DNA from: Fusobacteriota bacterium
GTDB taxonomy: Bacteria > Fusobacteriota > Fusobacteriia > Fusobacteriales > JBNJFI01
DNA: 18,991 nt
Assembly: GCA_051746725.1 (NCBI GenBank)
Contig: JBNJFI010000037.1
Location: forward strand, 1-18,991
Direction: 5' to 3'
In this document: piece after piece, positions 17,564 to 18,991 of the stretch
How positions within the stretch are numbered: the stretch's first letter is position 1
Layout of the letters: each line of letters begins with the position of its first letter
Made by a program: the position numbers and the translations under genes
The notes under the pieces: generated by a model
The model's input: the letters and a program-made list of their open reading frames with translations, nothing else
What the model was told of the DNA's origin: nothing
Databases searched by the model: none

Positions 17564-18991
17564 ATGAAGCTAGATATGAAGAGGTTTTTACAAGGAGTTT
17601 CTCTAGCCTTGGATTTAGCAGAATTAGATTATTTAAAGGTAAATTTAAACCATTCTAGACGTGTTGCATATATATGTATGATGATTGCAGATAAAATGGA
17701 TTTTAGCAAAAAAGAGAAAAGTGATTTATATGCTTATTCAATATTACACGATAATGGACTGGTTGTAAGTAATTTAAAAGAGAAAGAAGATTATGAAAAT
17801 ATGCCAGGTCATTGTATAGAAGGTGAAGCCAATATCATAAAATTAAATACATATATGTATAAGAGGCGAAAAAATATTATTAAATATCATCATGAAAACT
17901 ATGATGGAACAGGAATATTTGGAATAAAAGATAAAGATATTCATATTTTTTCTCATATAATACATTTAGCTGATAGAATTGATACGAATTTTAATTTAAT
18001 TGAAAAGGCAGCTGAGAAAAAAGAGAGTATAAAGGCATATATAATTAATCAAAAAGAAAAAATGTTTCATCCAGATGTAGTAGAAGCTTCTTTAGAGATG
18101 ATGGAAAAATGTAGATTTTGGTTTGATCTGGATTTTTATAATATAGATGAAGTTTTAAATAGAGTAACACCTCATAATATTTTAGATATGTCTTGGAAAG
18201 AAATTTTAGAAATGACAGATATTTTAGTAGAAATAATTGATTCAAAATCTAGATTTACTCATATGCATACAAAGGGTTTAGTAAAAAAGATAAAACTAAT
18301 GTGTAATCACTATGAATTAGATAAGGATAAAACCTATAAACTTATGATAGCAGGGAATTTACATGATTTAGGAAAATTATATGTTCCCAATTCGATATTG
18401 GATAAGCCAGAAAAATTAGATGATTTTGAATTTATAGAAATTAAACATCATACCTATTATACAAAATTAGCTTTAGATAAGATACCTGGATTTGAGGATA
18501 TTTCAAGATGGGCATCAAACCATCATGAAAAATTAAATGGTAAGGGATATCCAGAAGGATATACTGGAAAAGACTTGGATTTTGAGTCTAGATTAATAGG
18601 CGTTTTAGATATATATCAAGCTTTAACAGAGGAAAGGCCATATAGAAGTTCTCTATCTCATGAAAAGACTATGAAAATATTGTGTAGTATGGTAGAGGGA
18701 GGATTTATAGACGGTGATATAACTAAGGATGTTGAAAAGGTCATGAGAAAAAATTACGGAGATAAAAATCATGAAGAAACTCGATTAGTTATAGCTGAAG
18801 ATGATAAAACTAGCTTAAAACTAATGGATATATATATTAGCAAAAAAGGGATCACTGTAGATAGAGCAAATAATGGAAAAGAATTAATGAAATTATTAAA
18901 GAGACGAAAATATAAAATGATTTTTTTAGATATATCTATGCCAGAAATGGATGGTTTAGAAGCTGCTTCTAAAATTAGGAAATTAGAAAAA
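17564..18991 (+). CDS. Tandem HD-[HD-GYP] cyclic-dinucleotide phosphodiesterase fused to a C-terminal receiver domain; 3'-truncated by the window and absent from the ORF track
   Basis: GGAGGTG RBS, ATG 17564, frame open to the end of the window (translated by hand). First HD: NHSRRV...LHDNG...HHENYDGTGIF...LADRID. Second HD-GYP: HMHT...LHDLGK...HHEKLNGKGYP...LDIYQALTEERPYR. Then REC: RLVIAEDD...ANNGKE...IFLDISMPEMDGLEA (Asp codon 18929). Confidence 0.92.
   Translation, partial: MKLDMKRFLQGVSLALDLAELDYLKVNLNHSRRVAYICMMIADKMDFSKKEKSDLYAYSILHDNGLVVSNLKEKEDYENMPGHCIEGEANIIKLNTYMYKRRKNIIKYHHENYDGTGIFGIKDKDIHIFSHIIHLADRIDTNFNLIEKAAEKKESIKAYIINQKEKMFHPDVVEASLEMMEKCRFWFDLDFYNIDEVLNRVTPHNILDMSWKEILEMTDILVEIIDSKSRFTHMHTKGLVKKIKLMCNHYELDKDKTYKLMIAGNLHDLGKLYVPNSILDKPEKLDDFEFIEIKHHTYYTKLALDKIPGFEDISRWASNHHEKLNGKGYPEGYTGKDLDFESRLIGVLDIYQALTEERPYRSSLSHEKTMKILCSMVEGGFIDGDITKDVEKVMRKNYGDKNHEETRLVIAEDDKTSLKLMDIYISKKGITVDRANNGKELMKLLKRRKYKMIFLDISMPEMDGLEAASKIRKLEK

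Noticed and set aside
355..18245. All minus-strand ORFs in the track and the + strand ORF 1187-1372
   Set aside because: They are short, low-complexity shadows of well-supported + strand genes or AT-rich spacers, with no family motifs.

Overview
Very AT-rich bacterial chromosomal segment with every supported gene on the + strand. In order: the 3' end of a GH13 (Bacillus-type) alpha-amylase, a hemolysin-III/PAQR (TrhA-like) membrane protein, and a lipoprotein S8 subtilase with three IPT/TIG-like repeats and an RTX-like C-terminus. Next is an argD-ilvE-argF-argG cluster, followed by a GNAT acetyltransferase, a Cache-PAS-GGDEF diguanylate cyclase and an ATP-grasp protein. The window ends with a 1450-aa CheB-CheR-PAS-HisKA-HATPase-HPt-REC hybrid kinase and a tandem HD/HD-GYP phosphodiesterase fused to a C-terminal REC domain, which is missing from the ORF track and runs off the window. 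Five near-consensus sigma70 promoters and four terminator-like hairpins are readable. Unexplained non-coding structure: purine-rich 7-nt-periodic arrays starting just after the stop codons of argF, ilvE and (weakly) argD; an 80-bp, ~68% GC nested palindrome between ilvE and argF with an adjacent degenerate tandem duplication; and two TGTAAA-N5-TGTAAA boxes abutting the subtilase promoter. No rRNA, tRNA, CRISPR array or transposase was seen. All calls come from reading motifs by eye, with no database searches.
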